The position numbers and the translations under genes are program-made. The notes beneath the pieces were generated by a model. That model worked only from the letters and a program-made list of their open reading frames with translations. It did not search any database and had not been told where the DNA came from. A DNA stretch of 63,635 nucleotides from Priapulus caudatus (lineage: Eukaryota): the NCBI RefSeq assembly GCF_000485595.1, contig NW_014577090.1, positions 275,443 to 339,077 on the forward strand. Reading direction: 5' to 3'. Below, piece after piece: positions 23,601 through 36,400 of this stretch (its first letter is position 1; every line of letters begins with the position of its first letter).

Positions 23601-26600
23601 GTGTGTGTGAAAGAACTCTGACGGATATCGATAGTGCATGACCTGATAAAGAGAAACACACTGAGTGACGGACAGCCCTACATGCCAGTTAGCAACTACG
23701 GGGCCGCATCCAGCGACCTAACACGAACTGCCCGGCACAAAACTGTCAATTTGATATGGAGAAAAAAAAAATCACTTGATATGCATCCGGGGGATAACTA
23801 CATCCAGGAAAGCGGTAAGGTCGCCTACTGGAGCCGACAGGGTAAAAAGCTGTGATGGAACGACGAGAGCCCAGCCGAGCTGCAATCAAGAGGTCGTAAG
23901 CTATTTAGATCTATCGTGTTAGGGCAAGTAACCACGCAGTTCGCCGCACCGAATTTCGGCAACGAGAACCTGTAAGGATGTACCATGGTCAACCTTTGCG
24001 TCCCGAGCAGCAAAAGCAATGCATTCAGCTGAAGGACATTCTCGCTACCAGCAATAACTGGCTTACTTTTGATAAACGAGCCTGCCCCACCTAAGGGAGT
24101 AGCTGATGCCATCCAGTTGTCAGGGTCCCGTGTCTAGTAAGCAGGCGAACAGAAGATGGAACAGTATCGTACCCATTCATGTTTAACGACGATCGTAGTT
24201 GAGCACTGTGAACGCTAGATACAACTAGACAGAACGCGTGAAAAGCGCTGCGGTCCTCAGTTTGCGCCGCGTGAAGAATTCATCGCGTACAGTATACAGG
24301 TATGCCGAAAAATTGGAGCGAAAAAATTTAGTGACGGAATTCATCAAAGCCATTACAGGGCAACTACAGCCCTGCGTTCCTACCCGTGCGCCCAAATTGA
24401 CAAATAGTTGCACGTCTCCAACCGTAAGCTTCAAACTAGTTGGTAATGACCCCAGGACCCAAAGCGAACTAGAATACGCACACTTCATTGAGTCACCAGC
24501 CCATTCTAAGTGGCTCAAGGCCCAGTGCACCAGGCCAATGTCACACCTGTGTCACGAGGAAACTCACTGTCGCGGGTCTTGTGTGCACGAAAGCCAACTG
24601 ATCGAACACCGGACAAAGAGCGTCTACACTACAACGGAGTTAGAACAAACTGTCCGCGAGCTGACGACTGCAACCTAACCTCCGTGGAGTACGCGAAAGC
24701 TAATAAAAGCATCGGGTCCCGATTTGCAGAAATGCCAAAAGACGGTCGTTGCCACCAATGGACCGACATCTATGCGTGGCTGAGACAGTGGGTGCTTAAC
24801 GACGAGCTACTACCGTCATCTGGTATACCATAAGAGTACGACCCGGCGCACCGCAACCTAGCCTTTGCACACGCAAGGCAAAATTTAGGGTGGGGACGAA
24901 ACAGAATCGACGGAACAAATTGTGGTGGCCCAGGCAATGCGAATAGACTGCAAGCGAAGTATTTCGTAAGAAGTCGGTCAATGTTGTACAGTTAGTCGCG
25001 CATCCCAGATCCGTAAGCGCGAACCGCTGGAGACCGAACCACATGCACCGACTACGGATCGACCTCGGCAGGAAATGTTCGCAGCTTCACTCGAACCGCG
25101 ACTTGCGGGACCCCCTTCTTCTCACATCGGGACATTTCGATACGTAGTGTCCGTAGTGACCCTACTATAGCGGTTCTAATACATAGCGATATCTCCTAAA
25201 CCTAGCTCGCTGTGAAAGAATGTAACGACTTACGTATTGCTAAGGAGAAATAGTTCATCGCGCATGAGGACTACCCTAGTAAGTCCCACTATCAAGTCAG
25301 TATAAAGCGGACCAACAGCAGTTTCGTTCTGAAGAGATCTTCGCTGAGATGGGACAAAATGGGAATCACCGGCCTCAAGGTTACTATCGAGCAAAATGGG
25401 CGCCCGAAGCAAATGCGACCAGTAGAACGCCGTAAGAACATAAGTCGTTCGCTTGATGGAAGAGAACTCGATCGCTCAGGGCAGAAGGGCTTAGACTGGA
25501 AAAGAGAGAATCCAGGAAAGTTATCGTGACGAAATACCCCCGGGCCATCTGAACCATACATACTTACAGCGAGAATCCACTGGACTCTATTGTCTTACAC
25601 TCGTAAAAGTGAGAGCGCGAAATGTACCCCCGATCTTCCCAGGCAGCACAGTCTAATATGAGATATGGGAGAGCTAACCCGCACATCTGCGATGCTCGAA
25701 CAGAAAGGAAAGAGCGAAGCGACAAAATCTAACCCGACGAGCGTCCAAGACAATCGCGCACTTGACCTCTGTGCGTATGCTGCTTGGGATACACAATCTG
25801 GTCCAGCGTGAAAAGAAGGAAAACCAAATTAATACCCAAGTGTCAACAAACAGTCGACCTCCGGTCCCAGCAGTGGTCGTAGACAAATCTTATGTAACGT
25901 AGTTCTTGTAGTCGGAAGGGCGTCCGGAGAGTGCGTGCCTCTATATGGCAATAACCTACTGCATTTAGCCAAAATGAACGTCGGCGAATCGCTAGTACTC
26001 CCCGCCCCCATAACGAGGACGAGAGCGGTAAGGACGGCTACCCGCAGGTAGCAGGGTACCGCGCCCGGCCGGCGCGTCAGCCCCCCAGTACCGCCCTACC
26101 AATGATTGAAACTGGAGCCAATAGTGGAGTTCCAGACAGTGATGTCACTGATGTGTCAGAACTAATTATAGATCCAGATGTTCAGGCTTCATCTGAAGAT
26201 ACGTCTCAGATGCCACAATCTTCTTTGACAACCCAGTATCGTAGATCCCACAGGCAAAAGAGAGCACCTGCTAAGTACTCTGTAACTATGTAATGGAGTA
26301 GAATTTCGTTTCTATTGTGTTGGAGATACAATGTCTTGAGATTAGTTGTTCCACAGTTGTGTTACAGGAATAAGTTTGAATTTAGTTCGGACATTGTATG
26401 TTATATGGCAACGGGGTTTATTGCTCCAGGTTATTGTGTTCCTTTAAAGAAAAGAAGAGATGTAATGTTCTATTGTTGATGTATCGTTTTGGCGGGGAAG
26501 GAGCACTCTCCGGATTCTAGGAATAAAGGTGGTGGTTGAGTTTCACATATCTGCGTCCTCTAATTTATTGGAGTAAGAGTGATGTGAGGTAAAAAATATC

Positions 26601-27051
26601 TACTCTAATTCATGCACTAAGAGAGATACAACACACACCTAGTCCGAGCCGACGCAGACCCCAGTAATGGGGATAAACCCGCACCCTCAGATTAGCAAAG
26701 CGGAGTTATAACGTCTGCATTTGCGGACTATTGCACACCTTATTCTGCTGAGATTAGGGTTAGGGTTAGGGTTAGATACATCCTGATACATGGCTGGGTA
26801 GACCACGTGGCCATCTTCCCGCCTAATACAGCAGCGGTGGGACACTTCGGTCTGCCGGAGAATTTAACTATGATTTTCAGCACTGCTTAGAACTACGGCA
26901 AAGCCCGAGAAGCAGTGCTGAAAACGTACACTTGTTTCTCCGGCGCCGGAGATCTAACAAGAAAATTTGTTCTTAATTTTCTAGCGGCCGGAGAACTAAC
27001 GATGGTTTTCACCGCTGCTTCTCCGGCTGCCGGAGAAATAATACCAGCCAT

Positions 27052-27091
<40 letters not shown>

Positions 27092-30000
27092 TGCTTTTAA
27101 AATTTCACAAAGAAATCTAAAATATACTGTAGGCTGTAATATGATTTATCGATATCTGATTTATTTGTAAGATATGACAAAATAACAGCAATTATATCCT
27201 ACTCTGGTTAACGTACTAACAGGAGCTCTCTATTCATTTATTCCTGGTACTATGATCAGCACTTTAAAATTACCTATTTATACTTATATTTGCATTTTCT
27301 TTTTCACTGCCAAAAGTAATAATATATGGTGCAGTGTGACAGCAGTTACGTGATCGTCACATAGAAAAAACACGGTGGGACATCGCACAACTAGTAAAGG
27401 CTTTCCTGTGGCAATCAGTGGATATGTCTTAAAATTATTGTTCTGCTGTAGGATGGGTGCCACTGTCTTCGTACAGCCCCTGGATTTAGTCAAGAATCGT
27501 ATGCAGCTTAGCGGTACGTATGTCAATTTGTCAACAATAGCTGAGAGAGAGAGAGAGCGTGTGTGCCTTTATCGTCTTTATATTATACTCCTGAATTGCT
27601 AGTTTACCAAACTCAAGTAATTTATAGTAAAATATAATTTTATTTGTTTTCATTAATTACTGTGTTTTACTGGTAATTTCATATTGTCACTTGTATGTAA
27701 TAAGTTGTATTCAATATAACCATGTCTTATTTTTAGGAGAAGGAGGCGGTGCGAAACAATATAAAACAAGCTTCCATGCAGTTACTGGTATATTGCGAAA
27801 TGAAGGCATCATAGGAATCTATTCAGGGTTTGTACACTCCAGCTCACAGAAGTAACATGTGAACATCAACTATGAACGTTTCATGTCGTAATGGTGATTT
27901 AGCTGGCATCATTATAACTTCATTGTGTTATATCACTAATCTTCGTTAAGGGCTCATCCACTTGACAAAAGTGCGACTGGGTTATATCCATGGCAGCTAG
28001 TGTGGTCATAGTGGGGCTCCTATATAGTGCAACTTTACATGGTTTTATGTTTGTTGTAACCTCACTAGGACCAAGCATTGTAGATAGATAGGAAATGTAT
28101 AGGAACCCACTGCCTATATTGCGAACTCATTTACTATGTGCACAGAACCAGTACAGAATGTCATCGAAACCTGCATGAGCATTATTTCGATATGTTACGC
28201 GAAATCTTGCAAGTGGGTCCTCATTCGTAGCTGCAGTTAACCTGGTATCTATGACTGTAGGCTGTCAGCTGGTTTGCTGAGACAAGCCACGTACACGACG
28301 ACGCGACTCGGCATCTACACTTGGCTGTTCGACCTTTTCCGAGGGTGAGCCTGCATCTGTATTTAGATGTTTATCAAGGTCACAGCTGTCCCGGTATAGA
28401 TCAAAAAAATTTTACGGCAAAAACGTGGTAGAATGCAGTTGACATTGCGTCTGTATATTTAAATCGAGGTCGTAAACGTTTTTGAACTGCAAAAAGTGTT
28501 TTTGCGACCTGTAAGTTGTAACTTGTTAAATCTGTTGTATGACTAGATCAAACCTTACTCTGGTTTTATCGCTATCGGTTTTATTTATTTGTGACATTTC
28601 ATTGCAATTCTGTATTACAGCATTGTTAAACGTCAAATAAGTTTACTATTCACCTAAGTGAAGTGACGTAACTACACCCCCATTTAATATTATTGTTAGG
28701 TCTGTAAACCGAGACCACTTCATATGCTTTTCACACGTGCAATCTAAGTTGTTGATTTTATGGAACTTTGTTACTGAGCAACATTTTTAGCATGCCCCTA
28801 TCGCATTTCTAATTAGTTGGAGCTACTTGCTCTCTATATAGTCTCTCTACTAGTCACTTCAGGCTGATAGGCAAATTGCACAAAAGTGAAGTTGTTTCCA
28901 GCTTGAAATTCATCTGCTGCGTGAAATCTGACGTTTACCTTTCAGCTTCATTGTATTTTCGTTGTAGTAAAGATGGCTCACCTCCAAACTTCTTCATGAA
29001 AGCTGGCATTGGAATGGTGGCCGGAGCGACTGGGGCATTTATTGGCACACCTGCTGAAATTTCTCTCATCAGGATGTGTGCCGATGGAAGGTGAGAAGGA
29101 CACCGTAGAATTACGTACCTCCTGCATTAGCAGTATGTGTGATACGTGCATTTGTGTTTCACGAGTAGGTTAATAGTGACATGTCCATTTCTGTAGTGAG
29201 CATGACTAATTTTGATGTAATGTTGTCGATGTTGACTAGTAATGTGGTTGTACTGTCGTACGGTTATACTTGTATTTATTCATAGGTTACCTGTTGCGGA
29301 GCAACGGGCATACAAGAACGTATTTGATGCTCTTTTCCGAATAATAAAGGAGGAAGGCGTTCTTACTCTATGGAGGGTAAAATGCGATTGCTGCCAATTT
29401 AATAAATTTTATATGAGCATGTGACGAATGACACAGTCTTCATTATATTGCAACGTTCAGCTGCACAAATACTGCTTCTGGGTGTCAGTGGGCTTGAGAA
29501 GGTATAAGAAGGTAGCTGTTGTAGTATTAGGTTCTGAAATCTACTTGAATAACTGCAACACACGTTTCTACTGAGAACACACTCTAAGGTGGTATTAAAT
29601 ACTCGAGAAACTATCAACACACCACTCTATGGTACTCTGCAATTTCCTGTAAATGTTACTGAAACAATTATAAATGATTCGTAATTGTTTGAGCAGGTGA
29701 CAGAGAATTTGTTGGTGCTGCAGAAGAATCGTGTCGCAATTTTAAACTTACGATAACAGCAATAAGCAGCACTGCGCCGCGCCGTAATTAATAACGAGAC
29801 TGTCTAATTATGTTTCGATCTAGCTAATGTTATAGTGCCAACAGCTGGTGTGATTAAATTGGGGGTGTCGCTCTTAATCGGTGTCGGTTAGTGTTGTGTC
29901 AGCGGTAACAGCAGGCGTTGTTACATTGCAGGGTTGTGGTCCGACGGTCGTTCGAGCCATGGTAGTAAATGCTGCGCAGCTGGCTTCTTATTCACAAGCC

Positions 30001-31616
30001 AAGCAGTTCTTGCTCTCAACCGGTAAGCCCTCGACACGTTCCTGATCCCGATGACAGGTTTTACCCCTCCCTTTCGCTGCTTTTAACGCTGTGAAGGAGC
30101 TAATGCCTTCACGTGAAATAGTTGTTAATCATTTCTGTGGCTGTGTCTCTCAAATGCACTAGAATATTGGAAAGTCATGGACTTACAGATTTACAATGTG
30201 AAAATAAAGTTTATCTCAGTTAGATCCATAATACGTTATAATTACTTACAACTTATTATGGATCTAACAGAGATCAACTTTATTTTTATGTGAACTACAG
30301 AGATCCGATGAAATTATTGAATCACAGATTTAAAATGCACTGCTCTACGTACGAAGTGGAATCTTCCCATTGAAATCCTTCTGAGTCTTTCACTTCTTCT
30401 TCATCGTGTTCTGATGGGCGCCGATCTCCTGCGTAGGTTACTTCAGCGAGAACGTCTCCTGCCACTTCGTCGCGAGCATGCTCAGCGGTCTCGTGACGAC
30501 GGCCGCGTCCATGCCCGTCGACATCGCGAAGACCCGCGTCCAGAACATGAAGGTCATCAACGGCGTGCCGGAGTACAGGGGAGCCATCGTGAGTATGCCC
30601 TCACCCCTCCTCCTCTTCCTCCTCCCCTACTCCCCTTCGACCCGATGCCAGCAGGTCTCGCATGCGAGTGGAGGTGCGCTCGAGCGATTGCGGTTGCAAG
30701 CGGGGGTTAATGTGTGTGGAGTAGCCTTCATTCTGAGGTAAATGAGAGTAGGCCGACCCGTTAACGACTGTTTCGACGGCCGGTCGAGCTGTCTTTTCCT
30801 GAGCTGAATGAAGTTGTTTAGACTTGTCACCAGATGGCAGTAGGTGACATGCACGGCCAGTATGCATTTCAACTCATTAATTTGTCGTTAGGCACCTTTT
30901 GATGATATTGTCATGTAAATTCAATGTGTTACTGAAACATAAGTTCAAGAAGTACTGGGGCAGTATGCAATAACCAACTACGTGTGCCGTGAGTGACTGC
31001 ATGACAGTAATGAAATGACATTAGAGGCCTGTGATTGCAGAGTCACATTACTGCAGGCTGCTACACTAGGGCTAGTGCAGTATTCAATAACCAAAGTTGG
31101 TTATTGCATACTGCACTAGCCCTACAACATTAACATTACTATTTTTAATTGTAACAGCATTACTGTTGTGCAGTCCCTTGTGACGCAAGTAGAACTACTT
31201 GCGTCACACGGTACTGCACAACAGTAATGCTTTGACATTAGAAGTCTCTGACTGTGGAGTCACATAAATCCTAAACACTACACTGGAACTGGCGCAGTCT
31301 GCAACGAGAGTGTATTCACATCGTTCGTGACGGCACAGGGGGGCAGGGTGTTCTCGCTCGCCGCTGGAAACGACGTATGAAGTGTCGTCGTATCCATTCC
31401 CGGTCATCATGCGTCCGCGTCTCTCTCCTCACGCAGGATGTCCTGGTCAAGGTCGTGCGCAACGAGGGCTTCTTCTCGTTGTGGAAGGGCTTCACGCCGT
31501 ACTACGCCCGCCTCGGACCGCACACGGTCCTCACCTTCATCTTCCTCGAGCAGATGAACAAGAACTATCGCCGCATTGTGTTCGGCGACACGTCGGGTCA
31601 CGGCGGCGGCCTGTAA
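20625..31616 (+). CDS. SLC25A11: Mitochondrial 2-oxoglutarate/malate carrier, 9 coding exons
   Basis: Exons 20625-20692 (MSGE..VKFLFGGTAG), 27452-27513 (MGATVFVQPLDLVKNRMQLSG), 27737-27827, 28261-28344 (LSAGLLRQATYTTTRLGIY), 28968-29090 (GTPAEISLIRMCADGR), 29286-29376, 29932-30022 (PTVVRAMVVNAAQLASYSQAKQ), 30437-30588 (SMPVDIAKTRVQNM), 31437-31616 (WKGFTPYYARLGPHTVLTFIFLEQMN). Three Px[DE]xx[KR]xR-type carrier signatures; phases consistent. Confidence 0.96.
21469..21645 (+). repeat. 5' LTR
   Basis: One substitution versus the 3' LTR over the first ~130 nt; the last ~35 nt are divergent. Confidence 0.9.
26461..26633 (+). repeat. 3' LTR (173 bp)
   Basis: TG...CA termini, internal AATAAA, preceded by the PPT and followed by the TSD. 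Confidence 0.92.
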
Positions 31617-33486
31617 CCGCAGCGACGGGTAGATTGTGGTAGCGTTTGTGTTAGCGTTAGACAGAGAGATAATAGTCAAAGACAGAGAGACCGTCCCTGG
31701 CCTGCATTGTACAATTTTAATTGATTTGATGGCCGAGCATTGTAGTGAGTCACTAGCTAGTGCTTACCTTAGGGGGTGATGAGGGTTAGTGCAAGGAATA
31801 GAAAATACCTGGCATGATATTGGTAGCACAGCTACATCTGGCGTGGTAGGTACCAAACTACGTATCTGGTCAATTAAATATTAGTTGATGTTGGGAATTT
31901 TAAAATAGGTCATTCAAAATGCGCTTTTTGCCCCCATTTGCTAATATTGAATAAAGGGAAGACGGTGTAATGCGAGCTAACAGAGTAAGCTTAACTAAGA
32001 ATGCATGATTTATTAACAAAATCGTAAACTATTGTTTAACTCTTGATTATGGTAAACACATTAATAATTTAGCTTGAATTGTTCACGATTCATTAAAACG
32101 TAAACATGAATGTGGACCACAGTACCAGCAAGTGTGTATTAAATCCTTAATGACTATGAAACCATTATAACTAGTCACATTCTATCCAATAAGGTTTAGT
32201 TAGAGACTATGTCAATAGGTGCTGATATTACTGTACTCAGTTTATTTGCGAACCAGGTTCTCCATCCTGGTTGTTAAAGCTTTTTTTCTCACCGACCATC
32301 CTTCTGTTTTTACTAAGTGGATGGTGTTAGTGTGATTTTATGGTACACGGTATTCAATCGGTACTGCAGTACAGCCACAAAGTCTTCCATATTATTTGCT
32401 GATAATTATGCACAAAGTAGCTACCATATTCTATTGTACAGCAGTAAACAGCATGTTTTTCCACGCGAGCATCTATGGAACCTGAAATTTTATTTTGCTT
32501 TTACTTGGGGAAATGAATGGATGGAGACAGAACATTATGAAATCAACTTGCTTCCAATTGTGGCGATATTCTCTGTCATTGTGTTAATCGGTTGCAGGTT
32601 AACTGATGAGAGTAGGTATGGCGGGTGGTGTTAGCTACCCATTTGAACACATACCATGCACTCCTGCTGCCCTGCAGTTGAACTATTTTGATATTGGTTT
32701 TATATGTCAGAGTTGTCGTTTTGATACAGTCCTGTGAAATTGTGTGATTAATATAACACCGGTCGAGTACCACAACTTTTATAATACATTTCTGTTATAT
32801 TTGTTGAAAATCTGCAAGTTATGTAGTTTCATGTGTTCAGTCAGTTGGTATCGGTTATATGCAATTACACATGCACTCAGTACACACCAGCACCTGCACT
32901 AATGATCAATTTACAGTAGCAGCAAGAGACTGCCATGCCAAAAAATATACCATATCTGATCATGATACTGGTTCGGTGTTACCTTGGATGGAGTCTTGTG
33001 TACTTACTTACTTACTTATCCTCTTGGTCCCCCGATGGGACATAAGGCCGTCTTGTGTAAGTTAGCTAATCTAGCTATGATGTTATGTTAATTAAGCTAG
33101 CTGATTTCCACTTCCACTCTTACCAAGGCTGGCTTCTTTTCTGTTAGCTGGGCTGGCATCTTTACCAAGTTAGCTATTACAGTTGTTAGAGCAATTGCAG
33201 GGTAACAATAAAAAACTAACCAGCAAATATACTATTCATTATAAACATTTACTTCACTGAATATATACATACAAACAAGCCTGAACTATAGAGCAACCTA
33301 TTTATAATGCAGTTCATGCAAAGTTGAGTACTGATGTGTGGAGGAAAAATTAACCCTAATGTCATGGCGCTGTTAATTCAACGAAGACACTGCTTTACCC
33401 AACTAAAATATGGATCTGCTATTATATATCACCAGCCATGATTACACATCAAATCTACGTCACAGGTGAAGATCGCCTCCTCGCGT

Positions 33487-36400
33487 CTACGGCTTGCGCT
33501 TTCTCTTGTCGCCCTTCTTCTTCGGCTGCGCATACTTCGCCTCCAGTGCGCTGAAGAAGTCCTCAGCGCCGGCGGCCCGCGACTGCTGCTTCTGCAGTAT
33601 GAGGGCGCTGAGGTCGGCCTCGCTGCCGCCGCCGCGCAATCCCAGTTTCTTCGCTAGCTCTTCGGCTTCGGCTGCCTCTCGCTTGGCCTGGAGAAGCAGA
33701 GACCCACGAATCACTGAAGCTGCGTGCGATTGAGACGCGATCGCACGCGACGCGGCGCGACTCGTCGGCGGGGAACTGGATTCGACGACGACGCTTTTCG
33801 ACTCCGTTTCTAAACCGGAGGGGTAGGTGCAACGATGATTAATTGCAGCACTCTCACCCCCACCCCCTTGCAAAATTGTAACAAAGCGGATGGAACAGAG
33901 AGTGTTATATACCTAAGCACAGGGAAAGAATTGACCTATCTGACTGGCATGATTGATGGGCAGGTCCTGCAAATCTCAGTATGGCGAGAGTGCGTTCTAA
34001 TAAAAATGTTTAGTAAAGATGTGCTGCAGTCAATATTTTTGCAAAAAATGAGGTGAGCTTGACCAACCTAGTAACAGTATCTAAGGAGGGAGTCGTTATC
34101 TTGCTCAGACCTATAGGTTAATTACAGCCAATTACAAAGTTCTTCAGTAACGATGGAACGTAAAGGTTGTGGTAAGGTGCGTGTGTGAACTTTGAGATGC
34201 AGCGGGATTTTGTGGTGGAACACAGATCAGTAGCTTCATTGTGATTCAATGTCTCTAAAAGATAATGTGCATTGTAACATGTTGTGAAACTGGACACCCA
34301 CCTTTCTCTTTCTAGCCTTTTCTGCCTGTTTGTCCTCGTTCACAAACTTCTCGAATTCTGGCAATTCCTTCTTCTGTATGCATTTCTTCAGTAGCTTGCG
34401 AAACCTGTTCAGCAATGGTTCGGATCTTTATTGACAAAACAGTTGTCAGCATTATTGACTTCATTGTCAATATTACTTATACAAACAAGTGCCGCGGAGC
34501 GACAGCGCTCATCTAACGTCTACTGCGGTGACTCTGTGGTGGAGTGGTGGGATTCTAGTAAACCCTGGTAGTCCCAAATGTGTTCACATACGCGCCGAAA
34601 CAGTGGAAGGCACAGGGATGGTATCAGGAACCTTCTCAAAGGAATGTTCGTTGGGATCGTTATGAAAGTTGCCACGAGATGCACGTACGTTTAAGTGTCT
34701 TAAGATTAAAGATGGAAGCTCCCATCGTACGTAGTAGCAACAGCTATTTGCAAGACAGAATAGGTAAGCACTCATCCATTTACCTACGCAAGCCTATACA
34801 GGCTTAAATAGAGAGCTGCCACCTGTAACTAATTAACGCAGGCAAAAAACTACACCATACTATCACCACTAAATGCACTGGCAGTGGCCACTGGCAGTGG
34901 CATAAGTTACATGTAACACACTGACAGCTACAGAATGCCATAGAATATTATACAAATTAAGGAGCATTAAACCTTCTTCACCCAAATTTTAGCTTTTGAA
35001 ATTTTCACGTTGACATTGTAGGCCTCATACATCCAGGCATGTATAGATTCTTACTCAGCACTACGCTTGAGTCAAATTCTTTCTAACAGTAAACCAAACT
35101 CCATGTTTTAACCGCTCCTCTTGAGGGTGGAAGGTTATCCGACCACTTACTCTTCGCATGTCGCAGCAGAAAGTACATTCCTGGTCCTGTTCAATAAAGG
35201 CCCATGAAAAATGCTAGGTCACCGCTAAACAAAAAAGTTTTCATCGCTCGTACCGACCCAGTCCTCCAGAAAATGTCTAAAATCTGCCTGTGCGCCATTA
35301 GACGCTTTGACCTGTGACGCTCCAATTTCGCACAAGTGATGCGCTTTCCCTACCATGATTGCTTACACGACTATCAACGAGCTAGGTCGTACGATTTAGA
35401 TTTGTCCGCAATTCTGCATTTCTCCCTAATACCTTAAGTTAAGGAGGAATGTTCCCCCTTCTATTTACACCTCTTGACCTTTTGACCTTTGACCCCCCAG
35501 CTTCGGACATCCCAACTCGCTTTTCGATTTACCCCCCCACGTCCGAATATCGTGACCGTACATCGAGCTCAGTTTGGCCCAACTCGTTTGACGCCGACGG
35601 ACGCACGGACAGCCGACAGTACGGCACGAATCATGCGATTCTACAAGCTCGATCTGACTACGTCAGATGAGCTAAATACAGACTATTTAAGGTATAAATA
35701 CAACACCTGGTTTCATCCTCTCCAGTGCAGCACAGTACATTTGCTAATATCGACTCCATGTCTCCTTCATAATCAACATAAGCCGTCTTCAGATCTTCCA
35801 ATTCTTCTTCGGAACCTGCATGCACAAAAACGAGACGGCTATCTAGCTTGTAGGCGAAAAATATCTTGATAATATTCTGCCCAGACCATCCAACAGGTGC
35901 CTTACAAATTAAAGGAGAGAGAAATGGGAAGATTTATTTGCCTTCCTAAGCCTAAGACATAACTTTTGATAGTTTTGTTGTTATAGTGGGGATTAGAATT
36001 AAGTCGTTTTTCATTGATGAGAGCACAGCTATGGCACATGTATGTGTATAAATAATTAAGTTTATGCCTCTAGTGTGGTGATGCATGAATCAGTCCTCAC
36101 ATACACACAGTATGTATATAGTAAACAATGGTGTCCGACTTTACCTGGACAACATTGCATAGTATTGCAGATGGGGTCGTTGTCGTATCAGGTACTATAG
36201 ATATGTAACCGAGGTAGTTTTAGGTTGTTTAGTATTATGTTTATATGTTTATATGAGGTATGTTTAGGGTTAGGGTTAGGGTTAGTGTTAGGGTTATGGT
36301 ACACTTCTGTAGTACAAGTCTGGTACACTTTGTGTATACATATATGTACCTCAGGTACATATCTGTAGTACCTGATACGACAACGACCCCTTGAGCTATA

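Larger units (their letters stand above)
21469..26633 (+). mobile_element. Gypsy/Ty3-like LTR retrotransposon with a disrupted gag-pol, in SLC25A11 intron 1
   Basis: LTRs 21469-~21645 and 26461-26633 (TGTAATG...TACAACA), 5-bp TSD CACAC (21464-21468, 26634-26638), polypurine tract AAAGAAAAGAAGAGA immediately before the 3' LTR. Frameshifted remnants, read by eye, in gag-RT-RNaseH-integrase order: zinc knuckle ..H-I-AKVCR (~22400-22514), LDM..GY.Q (~23775), DILAT (~24035), LRQWVL (~24780), HHCC-like region (~25280-25425). Intact tail ORF 26102-26293 with RRSHRQKRAPAKY. Confidence 0.88.
21286..27042. mobile_element. TIR element (split into 21286-21468 and 26634-27042) interrupted by the LTR retrotransposon
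   Basis: ATTATTTCCCCGGCAAGCCGGA at 21286 and its near reverse complement TCCGGCTGCCGGAGAAATAAT ending at 27042; (TA)n on both outer sides; internal (TTAGGG)n at ~26755. Confidence 0.5.
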
